DNA of 62,982 nt, the filler included, from Thraustochytrium aureum (Eukaryota), in NCBI GenBank assembly GCA_012862495.1. It is 10 parts of 5 records of this genome, joined end to end, with 100 filler letters (N's around TTAATTAATTAA, not from the genome) between each part and the next. Parts side by side here need not be neighbours in the genome. Positions count along the whole stretch, not along the records: positions 45,173 to 46,963 come from BLSG01000207.1; positions 47,064 to 54,768 come from BLSG01000208.1; positions 54,869 to 56,636 come from BLSG01000208.1; positions 56,737 to 58,390 come from BLSG01000208.1; 6 more parts are not named here. One strand, written 5' to 3'. Numbering within the stretch: position 1 is the first letter of the stretch; each line of letters begins with the position of its first letter. Position numbers and translations under genes: made by a program. Shown piece after piece: positions 45,288 to 57,156 of the stretch. The notes under the pieces are model-generated. The model did no database searches and was not told the DNA's origin. It saw nothing but the letters and a program-made list of their open reading frames with translations.

Positions 45288-46028
45288 CTACCAGCTCCAG
45301 ACTGGTAGCCGCTGCCGTTCTCCGTTAGCGCCGTCATTCTCCATCTCTTCGTCGCTGTCTTCGCCCTCCTCCTCGTCCTCCTCGCCGTCGCGCGCGAATC
45401 TGCCGCTCGGGGCAGAGCCACCTCGCCGCGACATGAGGTCTTCGATGACGCCAAGGGCACGGAGGATGAGGGGCTTGGCGTCTTCGGGGCGCTGCTGGCT
45501 GATGCGAAAGCTGGCCATGCCTTGCAGCGCTTGCGGGTTGTCTGGGCAGGCGGCCTGCGCGGCGACGAGGTACTGTTCGCACCGCGCCTCTGCGTCCGCC
45601 TCGAAGCACAGATCGCTCATGAAAAGCTCGGCAAGGCTACAGTACGCAGCGCATATCTGGCGGCTTAGCTCGCTAGCTTCGGCGTCGCGGCCCTGCGCTG
45701 CCGCCTCCTCGCCTTGCCTTTGCAGGGCGGCGACGCCCTTCTCGTAGTGCCCGAGCGCATCCTTGCCCTGTGCGATTTGGCCCAGGTACATCCAAATGCC
45801 ACCGTCGCTGGGGTCGCACTCCGCGCACTTTAAAAACGCGACGCGAGCATCGTCCACGCGCCCCATCTCCATCAGCGTCTCCCCAAGCGCCTTGTGGAGC
45901 TCGGCAGAGGTCGGGCACAGCTCGATCCCTCTTTGAAAAAACTGCAGCGCGAGCTCCTCCTGCCCAGCGCCCAGCATCTCTTGGCCCTTTGCCAGCATCG
46001 CCTCGGGGTCCTTCTTCGCATCGCCCAT
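45288..46028 (-). CDS. ACL4: TPR protein, assembly chaperone of RPL4 (ACL4-like); probably continues past a frameshift to the scaffold edge
   Basis: TPR repeats, WMYLGQI and AYCSLAELFMSDLCFEADAEARCE...PDNPQALQGMASFRISQQR. Confidence 0.82.
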   Translation of the reverse strand: MGDAKKDPEAMLAKGQEMLGAGQEELALQFFQRGIELCPTSAELHKALGETLMEMGRVDDARVAFLKCAECDPSDGGIWMYLGQIAQGKDALGHYEKGVAALQRQGEEAAAQGRDAEASELSRQICAAYCSLAELFMSDLCFEADAEARCEQYLVAAQAACPDNPQALQGMASFRISQQRPEDAKPLILRALGVIEDLMSRRGGSAPSGRFARDGEEDEEEGEDSDEEMENDGANGERQRLPVWSW

Positions 46029-46963
46029 CGCGTCTCAGCCCCGCACGTGCGCGCGCGCGGCCTCCGTGGGCGTCTCCGTTCGCGTGGCGGCCGCGCCCTG
46101 GCTGGCGAGCGGCGTGCAAGCAGGCGCCTGCGCGCCCAGCCGCACTCGAGCTTCTTCAGAACCCTGCGCGGCAAGCGGCGCGCCCCACGACAGACCCTGG
46201 CCCTGGCCCTCCCTCCCTCCCTCAGCAGGACCTGCCAACCACCGCCGCGTGCAGCGTGCGCTCTTCGAGTTGGCCTCCTGCGCACTGTCCGTCCTGCGCT
46301 GCCAACGAATTGCGTACCGCTCGCCTTGTCGCAGAGTCGCAGAGTCGCGTTTGCTTTGATTGATTCTTTGCGCGGAGCTCGCTTTCAACGCGCGCTCGCC
46401 ATCGACCCGGAGGCGGCGGCGGCGGAGGAGGAGGAGGAGGACGAAGCCGCCTGTAAGTGCCACCTCGAGGCCGTAGCGAGGGGGGCGAGGCGAAGCGCCA
46501 CGAGGCCGAGGCCGTTTCCTGCGACTTGGAGCAGCCGCAAGTGCAAGCCGCCCAAAATACAGGTGGCCGTGCTGCCATGGAGCGCTCGGCATGCCCCGAG
46601 ATCACGAAGCAAGACGTCATGTCACTCCCTTTCCCACCGCTGCGAACACGTCGGAAAACGTACCTAGGCCTCTAGAGTCTAGCTAGAGGCACTCCTGCAT
46701 CCGGGACAACGGGGCGCTGCCGCCCTTCTCAGGTTCAATGCGAGCGGTTCTACCCAGGAAGGCTTCGATCCGGGCGACTATCACTGAAGGCAACCCGCTT
46801 CCCTGATCGACAACATGCCTTCGTGGCGCAGCGAGACGTCCCTGTTCGTGCCGAGCAACAGGCAGATCTCATGCTGTTCTGTCTCGTCAAGAGCATGCAG
46901 AACCCAAGCTGCAGCACAACTTATTTCGCAGAAGCATCAGCAAACCAGCAATAGGCGAACCAG

Positions 46964-47063
46964 NNNNNNNNNNNNNNNNNNNNNNNNNNNNNNNNNNNNN
47001 NNNNNNNTTAATTAATTAANNNNNNNNNNNNNNNNNNNNNNNNNNNNNNNNNNNNNNNNNNNN
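46964..47063. other. Artificial scaffold-joining spacer
   Basis: 44 N + TTAATTAATTAA + 44 N. Confidence 0.97.
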
Positions 47064-47646
47064 ACAAGAGAAAAAGACGAGGTAGAAGAACCTCGTGTAA
47101 AGGAGGGTGCTGCTTCGGGGTTTGAGGGTGGAAGGAGGGCGGGTGGACTCTGCGATGGATTGTCGTCGTTGTGAGGAAATAACGAGGAGAGCACCGCTCG
47201 CTGCGTGTGTGAAGAAGCGCGTATCGGAGATTCTTGTTGCTGCGTGCGGGTGTTGGGCTTGCGCGGGCGCTCTGCCGATGGTCGCGTACGTGGATGGACG
47301 CTGTTCTACGTCTACGTTACGGTGGCTCTAGCCAGCTAGAGAGCTCTCCAAGTTCATCGTTGTGTTCCATCTGGCCGAGTCGCACAGGGTTTGTCCGGTG
47401 GGTCCGGTGAACCGTGCGCCTTGCAGGCTCGCTTCGAGCTCTCGCTTCAACTGGCGCGCTCGAGAGCGCTCGCGCCGCACGGTGGCGCCGTGACCCTGCC
47501 TGCCTGCGGTGAAAGGAGCGGGTTTTCTATCTTTAGAAAGCAGTATTACAATGGTATGATTACGGCGAGGCGTCCTGGTTGGACGGCGCGAGCGACGCTG
47601 GACACGACAGCGTGCTCGCTCGAGGCGGCTTGAGGCGGCGGAGACA

Positions 47647-50600
47647 TCACAAATCCGTCGGGTCAAATCTGCGGCCGCCCTGGGCCTGGTTTGGCCGCGT
47701 TTGAAACATGTCAAGTGGGTTGGAACCGCGCGGAGCTTGCGGCGCCATGGCGCCTGGACTCTGTCGACGCGGCACCATCGGCGGAGGAGGGGGAGGGGCA
47801 CGGTTTGCGTTTTGGCCCTTCCAGTATCCTCCACCTTGCACCGTGGGGGGCTGCGGTAGCTGGCGCGGCTCGTCGCGTGGCAGACTACGCCCGCCCGTGG
47901 GGTTGATGTAGTTGCCAGCCTCGTCTCTGGGCAAGCTACTGCTTCCGCCGACCTGCTGCTTGGCCTTGCCAGGAGGACCGCGCGGGAAGGCGTTGGATTG
48001 CGCCGGGCCAAGCGCTTGCCCAAACTGGGAGCCTGGGGGGGCCTGCGGCGGTCCCGGCTGCGACCCCTGCCCACCCCAGGGAAGCTTGGGCATGGCGGAG
48101 AGCGGGTTGATCGCGCGCTGCGCGCCGGAACGAACGTACACGACAGCCCCAACCGCGACCACCACAACAGCCCCGCCTCCGATGACCCATGCGATTGGAA
48201 AGTCCGCCTCGGGCGGGGGATCCTTGAAGAGAATACGGCTGGAGCCGTCCTCGCGAAGGACGGTTCCAGGAGCACCACCAGAGTAGTCGAGCGAGGCCGT
48301 GACAACAACGGCGAATGGTTGAGGGCCCTCGTTGATCGCCTCCCCTCGCACAGTGACGTTTACGAATCCGCCAGCGCTGACCGCAAACGCAGGGACCTCG
48401 ATGTGCTCGACGGTGTTTAGGCGGTCAGGGCCATCGAGTCCGTTTGGATAGTACCTTTGGCCGTTCGGACCAAGAACGACGAGGTCCAGGTCGTTGACGA
48501 TCGCTGTGGCTGACTGGAGGGCCGCCGGCGCGTCGAACCAGACGAGGGTCAACTTGACAGGCCGACTCGAGCCCGTGCGAACCTTGAAGGCGTACTTTGC
48601 CTCGCCTCCCGTGGCCGAGATCTTGGGCATATCCGCAAAGTCGCCGTCCAGGTAGACGGCAAGATCGTCCGTGTTGCCGCTTGGGAACACGTTGTTGGCG
48701 AGCGTGATCCTGCCGAAGCCTTGGTCAAAGCCTGGCTTGGTGGGGTCGAGCGTCGCGGCGGCGGGATTCTCGTACGTGCCGCTCAAGAGCTGCGCGCCGT
48801 TGACCAGCATGGCCTTGATGAGAGCGCCCATTCTGCAGCGCGCAAAGGTTAGAATCATGGTTCCCTCGCAGGCAAGAGAGCAAAGCCAAACCTGCGGCCG
48901 GCGAGCAAAGAGCCGGTTTGCCAAAGGCCTCGCGGCGGGAACGCAACGACTTACGGGTTGAAGGCGGTCACCGAGTTCTCTTGTCCAGTTGGGTACCGTC
49001 CCTCGACGAGGAACTGGCGCAGCAGCGCGGCGTTACCAGCAACGACAGGGGTCGCCATGCTCGTGCCTTGCGAAAAGTCATTTGGCACTTGGTCTGGCTT
49101 GCCGAGGAGCCAATGTAGCGGCCAGGCGCGACGACATCTGGCTTGAGTCGGCCGTCGTAGGTTGGCCCGTTGCTGCTAAAGGAGGCCATGCTGTTGGTGC
49201 AGGGTCCTTCAATGAGGGCGGCGCATTGCTGTTGCAGGATCGAGTGCGTCCGGTCCGAGTTCATGCTGGCTCCGACAGAGAGGGCGCTCTTCGAGGTGGC
49301 GGGCGTGCCCACCGAGCCCGTTCCTCCGGTTCCCGGCCCCTCGTTTCCAGTTGCAAAGAGCACGAGCATGTCCTGGTTCGCAAACGTGAACGCGTCGATC
49401 GACCGCGAGTCGGTCGAGTATGCGTTCAGCGTGCTTGTCCAGCTATTCGTGTGGATGCGAGCGCCGGCGTCATAGGCCGGCTGGAACATCGCGCCGGCGA
49501 GGTCCGCGGGCGGATAAACCTCGAGCGTCCCGGCCATTCCAATGTCGAAAAAGGCAATGCGCGCTTCGTGTGCGACGCCCTTCATGTTGTTGGCGTCACC
49601 CACGTTGCTGGAGTCGTCGCTGTTCGAGTAGCCGGCAACAGTTCCGGCGACGTGAGTGCCGTGGCCCTGCGGTTCGCCGTCCACGCCGTCCACGAACGCA
49701 AGGTAGTGCACGAGCTTTCGGTGGCCAGGGTAGTTGGTAAGCTCGCCGGCGGGTCGTGTGGAGGAAAAGTCCTCGTCGCGGAAGAAGCAGTGGTCGGTGT
49801 CCAGCCCGGTGTCGGCAACAGCAACGATCTGGCCCGCCCCGCGACCCCCGTTCCCAGAGCGGGGACTTGTCGTCCTGGGCAGAGTAGTCGGTCCCAACTA
49901 GGTTTGTGCCGGTGTGCGTGACGTGCACTGCGTCCATGTTCATCTGCTCAAAGCGGATCGCGGGCTCAACCCAGAGCACGTCGTCCTGCTCGAGGAGCCA
50001 CTCGAGCGCCGAAGGGCCACTCGCTGAGGTAGCGATGAGCTCGTCGCTCTTGGCGCCGAGCCGCCTCGCGTGGGCGCGAGCAGCATGGTGCGGGTACTCG
50101 ACGTGGAGCTGGAGGTCCTCGGCGTCGCTCAGGCTGGCAAGGCGACGGCCGTGGTTTGCCTTGATTCGCGCCACGACTTCTTTGGTGCGCCTCCCGCTAC
50201 CAGGACTGAGGCGGACGCGGCGAGAGGCGAGCTTGGGGAGCGGCATCGCCCTCAGTTTCGCCTTCTTCGCCTGCTTGGCCTCATACTCGTCCAAGAACGG
50301 CGAGCGCTTGAGCGCGTCTGGGAGCGCAAAGGCAAACACAAAGGTTCCGTCTGCAGAGCCAGTCAGAGCGTCCACCGCTCCGACCGAGCCGTCGAGGAAC
50401 ACAAATGTCGCCGAGCCGCCGTCGCAGAAGAGGGCTTCGCCGACAGCGACGCCGGCTGCTTGTGCTACTGCTGCGGCTGATTTTGTGGTTGCTCCTTTCC
50501 TGAGCTGGGCCAACACGAGGAGGCGGTCGTCACCGGCGGCTTCGGCGAGGGCGCGCTTGGCTTGAGCGGCATCGCGCAATGCGGTCGAGCTCGAGTACGT

Positions 50601-50837
50601 TCTCGTCCAGATCGCGCCTGCCTTGGAGCACGCCAAGGGATCGCGGAGCCCGCTTCGGACAAGACCATCTGCGAGCCCGCGGCACGTAGACATGGAAATC
50701 ATGCACGTGTCCAAGGTCTCCCAGGCATGCTGCCAGACGTCAGCTTTCGCGGCAGCTTGGGCCACGACCAGCAAAGAGAGCAGGACGACGGCGTGGCGAC
50801 GGAGCCGTGATGCCGAAGCCGTCATTCGCGCGGCCAT
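47647..50837 (-). CDS. Membrane-anchored subtilisin-like S8 protease (Kp43/TagC-like); intron 48833-48954; frameshifts near 49845 and 49075
   Basis: Signal peptide and prodomain. Catalytic triad VADTG, HGTHVAG and GTSMATP (after one-base correction), oxyanion ATGNEG. Also DGRLKPD, QGFGR, LVWFD...VNDLDL, a TM helix and a Pro/Gly-rich tail. Confidence 0.9.
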
Positions 50838-52014
50838 TTGGCCGCGGCGCTGTCTGCCGCAGCCGTGTCTTGAGGTTGTCTCGCGGCAAACGACAACCGG
50901 GGCGGCGGTGCAGCTGGCGCTGTCCAGATCGTTGGGGTTTCGCGCTTGTTTTGCAAGAACCGTTGGCCGGCCGCCTTGACCGCGGTGTTCTGGTGCTGCG
51001 TTTGGCACGGTGCACTCGCGCGGCCAAGCCCCGCGTGGAACAGCACTCCCGTCAGCCCCTGCTGCGCGCGACGGCTCCCGCGTCGGGGTGTTTGGTGTTT
51101 GGAGAACTCGTTTGTCAGCACACTCTCACGATGGCGTGCGTGCGGTTTGGGTTTCGGGCTCGTGGACCCTCGAGTTGAGAGTGTAATTGGAGCACTTTGG
51201 GTTTGGAGCCGTGTCGTCAAATCGTTGGAGGNNNNNNNNNNNNNNNNNNNNNNNNNNNNNNNNNNNNNNNNNNNNNNNNNNNNNNNNNNNNNNNNNNNNN
51301 NNNNNNNNNNNNNNNNNNNNNNNCAACGTGTCTTGAAAGCAGCGATCGCGCAGGATCCGAGTGGTTGATGTAGGCCTTGCTTGGGACCGTGCTGCTTGGG
51401 CTAGTACGTGCTGCACCGGCCACAATCGCCAGACGAACTGCATGGGCCCGAGAGGACCACCTTGCGCGGGACAAGCGCAAGACCGTCACGCAGAGCTCTT
51501 TCTTGCTGACGCCGATGATCCAGTGACGTCCAATTCTCTGCTGCCAAGGCTGGGTTCCGTCCGTCCATGCGTCGCAATGGCCGTGAACCAGTCGCACATT
51601 GCATCCGTGGATCAAACGCGATGGGCGACCCAATGTGAGCGCGCGCTCGGACACGTACCCTGCCGTCGCAGTGGCAGCGAATCCTGCCTCTCTCACGCCA
51701 CTGCAACCTGAAGGCAATGATAAAGTAGATACCAGCTTTAGATCCCACAGCCCAGCACTCGCTAGCCTATGGCCGGCTTGAACTGGTCCTGCGCCCATCA
51801 CGATCCCACGACCGAGAGCGATTTGAAAACGCGGCCCACGCCCAAACCGCGCGCTGACCGAACCCCTCAATCTCGGATTAACAAGGACGTATTTGAACGC
51901 CAGAACGATCTGCCTTATCTTGCGAAAAAAGGCAACTAGTAGCAGCAGGATACCACCCTGCCCTTCGCCGCGCGAGCTACACCTTTGTTCGTGAACAACG
52001 AACGCCCTTTCACG

Positions 52015-52164
52015 AAAGAACACAGCGAGCTTCGGGCCCCAGCAACGAACACAGCGAGCCCCCGTTAGACCAAAGAACACAGCGAGCTTCGGGCCCTAGC
52101 AACGAACACAGCAACGAACACGGCGAGCCCCGTTTGACCAAAGAACACCGCGAGCTTCGGGCTC
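52015..52164. repeat. Imperfect tandem repeat (about 57-68 bp, about 2.4 copies) upstream of PA28
   Basis: AAAGAACACMGCGAGCTTCGGGC occurs three times, with AGCAACGAACAC sub-repeats. Confidence 0.85.
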
Positions 52165-52330
52165 CCGTCGGTGGTCGAGCAGGCGACAGGTTTCGTTCGA
52201 ACAGGGGAGGCGCGCGGGCGGGTCCTGCCACCTGGAAGCGTGCGTCTGTGTCGGCGGGCCTTTCTTTGCCCTGCACGCACGCTGGGCCGGCCGCACGCTC
52301 GAGCTTGGGCCAGAGCCGCGGGCGGCTGGG

Positions 52331-53305
52331 ATGGCCGACACCTTTGAGGAGCTCCAGAGGAGCTTGGCAGCGGAAGCGCTGGAAGCGATCGAGCACAAGC
52401 TGCCACAGGGCGTGCACGAGTTTGAGGAGCTGCGCAAGGAAATCGAACGCATCTTGGAGAACAATGACGTGGAGGGCGGCGTGCCGTCGGAGCAGGACCT
52501 CGCCGAACTCGCGAAAACGCAGGCCCTGGACAAGGGCGTCGAGCTNNNNNNNNNNNNNNNNNNNNNNNNNNNNNNNNNNNNNNNNNNNNNNNNNNNNNNN
52601 NNNNNNNNNNNNNNNNNNNNNNNNNNNNNNNNNNNNNNNNNNNNNNNNNNNNNNNNNNNNNNNNNNNNNNNNNNNNNNNNNNNNNNNNNNNNNNNNNNNN
52701 NNNNNNNNNNNNNNNNNNNNNNNNNNNNNNNNNNNNNNNNNNNNNNNNNNNNNNNNNNNNNNNNNNNNNNNNNNNNNNNNNNNNNNNNNNNNNNNNNNNN
52801 NNNNNNNNNNNNNNNNNNNNNNNNNNNNNNNNNNNNNNNNNNNNNNNNNNNNNNNNNNNNNNNNNNNNNNNNNNNNNNNNNNNNNNNNNNNNNNNNNNNN
52901 NNNNNNNNNNNNNNNNNNNNNNNNNNNNNNNNNNNNNNNNNNNNNNNNNNNNNNNNNNNNNNNNNNNNNNNNNNNNNNNNNNNNNNNNNNNNNNNNNNNN
53001 NNNNNNNNNNNNNNNNNNNNNNNNNNNNNNNNNNNNNNNNNNNNNNNNNNNNNNNNNNNNNNNNNNNNNNNAGCATCGGAAAGTACTATGAGCACCGCGC
53101 CAAGTTGGCCCACAAAATGCTAAAGCACTGCGACGTCGCGGACTACCGCCAGGCGCTCATAGAGTGCGACGAGACGAAGGCGGAGCTTGTGCGTCTAACC
53201 GTAACGAGCATGCGCAACAACTTGGCCGTGCTGCACGACATGCTCACGAAAAATTTGGACAAGATCCTCAAGCCGCGCAACGAGAACGCCACCTCGATGT
53301 ACTGA
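52331..53305 (+). CDS. Proteasome activator PA28/11S REG (PSME3-like), with central gap
   Basis: C-terminus KYY..RAKL..K..KH.DVADYR.....DE......R.....MRN..AVLHDMLTKNLDKILKPR......MY. Confidence 0.9.
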   Translation: MADTFEELQRSLAAEALEAIEHKLPQGVHEFEELRKEIERILENNDVEGGVPSEQDLAELAKTQALDKGVEXXXXXXXXXXXXXXXXXXXXXXXXXXXXXXXXXXXXXXXXXXXXXXXXXXXXXXXXXXXXXXXXXXXXXXXXXXXXXXXXXXXXXXXXXXXXXXXXXXXXXXXXXXXXXXXXXXXXXXXXXXXXXXXXXXXXXXXXXXXXXXXXXXXXXXXXXXXXXXXXXXXXXXXXXXXXXXXXSIGKYYEHRAKLAHKMLKHCDVADYRQALIECDETKAELVRLTVTSMRNNLAVLHDMLTKNLDKILKPRNENATSMY

Positions 53306-53491
53306 TCCGGCCCGAAACAAATCCTAACGAAGTACCTATCTTGTGTGACACACTATGCGCCGGGCCCTCGCCTTCGACAAGCCGCTGTCCCGCATCGGCT
53401 AGCCTGCCCGGGAAGCGGGGCAGCCCCTTCTCCCCGCACCCTGCGCCTGCCTGCCTTCCAAACCGAAACACGCAGCGGGCCGGCGCATTTT

Positions 53492-54768
53492 TCACAGACG
53501 CGCCAAAAGAGCACGCGGGTCAAACGGGAGGCTGGCACGCATTTCTGCGCCTTTGCTCCGCAGCGCCTCCAGCGCGCGCGAAGCCACGCCCGGGAGGTCG
53601 ACCAAGTCCCACACCAACGACGATAGCCGCTGCCGCTTTGGAACGCGCAGCGATATCTGGATCACATCAAAGCCCTCGCTTTCCTTGCGCTCCAAGAGTT
53701 CGTCCGAAGTGAGCAACTCGTCCACGAGGCCCTTGGACAGGGCCTGCGTGGCCAGCCAGGCTTCGCCCGTGGCCACCTCGGCGACGCGCGGGAGGCGGTC
53801 CTTACCGCGCTGCTCCTGCACGTGCTGCTTGAACGCGTCATGGACCTCCTCGAGCTGGTCCTGGAACTTGTCCAGCCCCTCTGGAGTGTTAGCTGCGAGG
53901 CTGTGCACTGTCCGCTTGTACTCGCCTGCTGTGAATAGCAGATAGTCCACTTCGTAGCGGTCCAGCACGCGGTGCACGTTCGGGAGCTCTGCCACGACGC
54001 CGATCGACCCTATCAAAGCAAACGGAGCTGCCACCACCCTGTCCGCGCAGGCAGCGAGCATGTACCCGCCAGAGGCTGCAACCGTGTCGATGCACGCAGT
54101 GACGTGGATCCCCGCCCTCCGAAGCCGCGTAAGCTGCGACGCCGCGAGCCCGTACTCGCTCACGGTCCCTCCAGGTGAGCTGAGCCTCAGGACGACTTGG
54201 TCAAACTCGCTCGCCTCTGCCACGAGGAAAGAGACGCAGTCCCGCAAGTACGCCACCCAGTCCGGCGTAGACTGCAGCCTGGCGCGCTGGCCCGAGCGCG
54301 CCGTGGTCTCGTCGCCAAGCTCGTCGCTGCCCGGCAAAGCGCCGTCGTAGTCGGCAAAGTCCACAACAAAGACGCGCTTGCTCAGGCGCTGCAGCAGCTG
54401 CCGCGTCGTCGTCTTGCCCTCAGCAAGATCGCGGACGATCGAGTCTTCAAGATCGCGTTCGCGCTGCAAGAGCGCCTCCCGCTCGTCGCGGCGCTCCCTC
54501 GCACGGGCAGCTTTCAACTCGCGTTGGACGTTGGGCGGGAACCAGAAGGGCAGCAACCCGACCTCACTGTGCAGCGCAGCGCGCTCCCGCCTCCACCGTC
54601 CATTGAGCACCTTGAACTCGAACTCGGCTTGGCGCCCGAGGCGGCCGACGGCGTTCTCGTGCGTTCTCGCGAAGGGCACGACCGGGTCTTCGCGCGGAGC
54701 CGCCAACGGCAGCAAGCAAGCCGCGCCGCCAAGGGCAAGCGCCGCGCCCACGGCCTCCCTCCTCCACA
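53492..54768 (-). CDS. SohB-like S49 serine peptidase, 5' truncated
   Basis: Motifs LSSPGG.V..YGLAASQL.RLR, DTVAASGGYMLAC, APFALIGSIGVVA, TAGEYKRTV and VATGEAW. Confidence 0.92.
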
Positions 54769-54868
54769 NNNNNNNNNNNNNNNNNNNNNNNNNNNNNNNN
54801 NNNNNNNNNNNNTTAATTAATTAANNNNNNNNNNNNNNNNNNNNNNNNNNNNNNNNNNNNNNNNNNNN
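54769..54868. other. Artificial scaffold-joining spacer
   Basis: 44 N + TTAATTAATTAA + 44 N. Confidence 0.97.
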
Positions 54869-54869
54869 C

Positions 54870-55884
54870 AACCTCAACCTCGTCAGCTTCGGAGTGAAAG
54901 CGGCGCTGATCTCCATCACAGTTATCGCCACGCTGATTCTCGTTCTTGGAGCTGTCTGGATCTATGCGAATCGCAAGGTAGCAGTGGTCAGAGCCTCGAC
55001 ATACTCGTTCATGCTGCAGATCTTATTTGGCGCTGCAGTCTCGCTAGTGTCAATATACTTCATCCTTGAAGACGACCGTGCGTTGTTTGATCAAGAAGAT
55101 GCGCGGACAGTTAATGAACCTGCACTTCAGGCCTCGCTCGATCGCTCGTGCATGCTGGTTCCGTTTCTGTTTTTCGTCGGTTTCAGTAAGTCTCTCGCTG
55201 ATGTCTCATTCGCTCTGCTCCGCGTGCGCTGACTGCTCTGGTGGACCGAAACTAGGTTTCATGGTTACTCCGCTCCTCCTGAAGAATTGGCGCATTTACA
55301 AGCTTTTCAACAACCGGAAGCTAAAGAAGATCAGCATCCCAAACTCACTGCTCATCAAGTATGAAGCCGTGACGCTTGGCGTAGTGGTTTCGATACTTTC
55401 TGCATGGTGGGTCTCGGACCCTCTCCATTGGCAGCGGGTGGTTGTTGCGACTGACCCAATATCTGGTTTCACGATCGAGTCCAAGGGCAAGTGCGTCTGC
55501 GACAGGCCTCTGCTATGGCTAGGGCCTCTTGTTGCCTTTGTGCTTGCAGCACTCGTGGTTGGCAATGTGCTAAGCTACAAGGCCCGCAACGTCCCCGTCC
55601 AATTCAGCGAAGGCAAGTGGGTGTCAATTGCGTTGGTCAATTTTCTCGAGTGCTTTTTGCTCTGCATCCCAATCCTCGTCGTCACGGTGGACAACCCGTC
55701 GCTTGACGTGATCGTCAAGTGCATGTTTACCTTGATGGTAAACCTCGGCACTGTCGTGATCATTTTTGGTCCCAAGATGCAAATCTGGCTTAGTGGCAAG
55801 GTCAGACCCTCGGAAACGAACTCGAGAACCGACCAAGCAGGCAAAGTCTCGACTCGAGCATCAACCTCAGAAGCATCGCGTTGA
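54870..55884 (+). CDS. Class C (GABA-B-like) GPCR 7tm_3 domain, 5' truncated; intron 55186-55255
   Basis: Motifs VVRASTYSF, C.L.P.LF.VGF, KNWRIYKLFNN and RNVP.QFSEGKW. A GTAAGT...GCTGAC...TAG intron restores the frame. Confidence 0.88.
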
Positions 55885-56636
55885 TCCGTGAGCGATTGCC
55901 TCTCAACGTGCGCGAGCAAGGCTTCAAGAAACCAATCGGAAACTGTGTAGTCGTCTAGCTCCAGACGGGCGTGCCGTTTGCAGGCGGCCAACTCTTGTAC
56001 AATACAAGATAAGGTGTACGGCAGAGTAGGTTAAGAAGTAGAAGAGTCACACCAACGCATAGGAGCTCTATTTGACACATTCGATGCTGCGGCTTGTCGA
56101 AGCAAAAGTCGCTCCGCCGTTCTTGCAGCCGGTCGACGGTCGACCATGGCCGCAGCACTCCCTAACGCGTCAAGGTCTCCTGTAAGATCCGTTGAAGGAT
56201 GCGGATTGGGTTTTTCTCCCGCTTCCAGCGAGTCTACAACCAGAGGAGATGAGTATGAGAAGGCGAGTTAGGTGGGCTATACGCAAAGGCAAACAAGATC
56301 TCTTGCCCCCAAGCTCGCACTTCCCGTGTCGCGTTGGTGCGGCTAACCTTTTCCGTTCCTCTCAACTACCTCGCTCGCGTTGATTGCAACCGACCTTCAA
56401 CGGAACTGTTACTCTAGCTGAAGCTGTAGCTTTCAAGAAGTACTCTGCATACGCGAGAGTCCCCAACTCAGACAAAACGCCGACATGCGGCAACAGATGA
56501 CTGGTGTAGCTGCTCAGACTTGCACTCTTCATCGGCAGACGGTTGTGAACGCGTCGAGCAGTCAGTCACCCTTTTGACTGGCCGCGCTGGTCGCCTAGGA
56601 GGTGCTGGAGGAAGCAGGCAAAGGCCAACCCGTTCG

Positions 56637-56736
56637 NNNNNNNNNNNNNNNNNNNNNNNNNNNNNNNNNNNNNNNNNNNNTTAATTAATTAANNNNNNNN
56701 NNNNNNNNNNNNNNNNNNNNNNNNNNNNNNNNNNNN
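56637..56736. other. Artificial scaffold-joining spacer
   Basis: 44 N + TTAATTAATTAA + 44 N. Confidence 0.97.
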
Positions 56737-57156
56737 GGGCTGCCACTCGAGTCCATCGGACGGTGCGTGTGCGACAAGCCGTTGTTGTGGCTGGGGCCGT
56801 TGGTGGGCTTTGTGATAGCCGCGCTGATTGTTGGCAACGTACTGAGCTACAAGGCGAGGAATGTGCCTGTCGCATTCAGCGAGGGCAAATGGGTGGCCAT
56901 CGCTTTGATCAACTTCCTGGAATGCTCAATCCTCTGCATCCCGATCCTCCTCGTGACGGTCGACAACCCGGCGCTCGACGTGATCGTCAAGTCCATGTTC
57001 ACACTGATGGTAAACCTCGGCACGGTCGTCATTATCTTTGGGCCAAAGATGCAGATGTTGTTCAACGGCAAGGTTGCTTCGTCCGAAGAGCAAAGCAACA
57101 AAGTTGACGCAAAGATCCAGGACGACGAATCGACTTGGGCCTCCACAAAGACATGA
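56737..57156 (+). CDS. Class C GPCR C-terminal fragment, close paralogue of 54870-55884
   Basis: CVCDKPLLWLGPLV...SYKARNVPVAFSEGKWV...IIFGPKMQ is near-identical to the preceding gene, but the C-terminal tail differs. Confidence 0.88.
   Translation, partial: GLPLESIGRCVCDKPLLWLGPLVGFVIAALIVGNVLSYKARNVPVAFSEGKWVAIALINFLECSILCIPILLVTVDNPALDVIVKSMFTLMVNLGTVVIIFGPKMQMLFNGKVASSEEQSNKVDAKIQDDESTWASTKT

Noticed and set aside
50946..51711. Possible small secreted gene spanning gap 51232-51323
   Set aside because: No ATG start, frames are interrupted by stops and no motif is recognisable.
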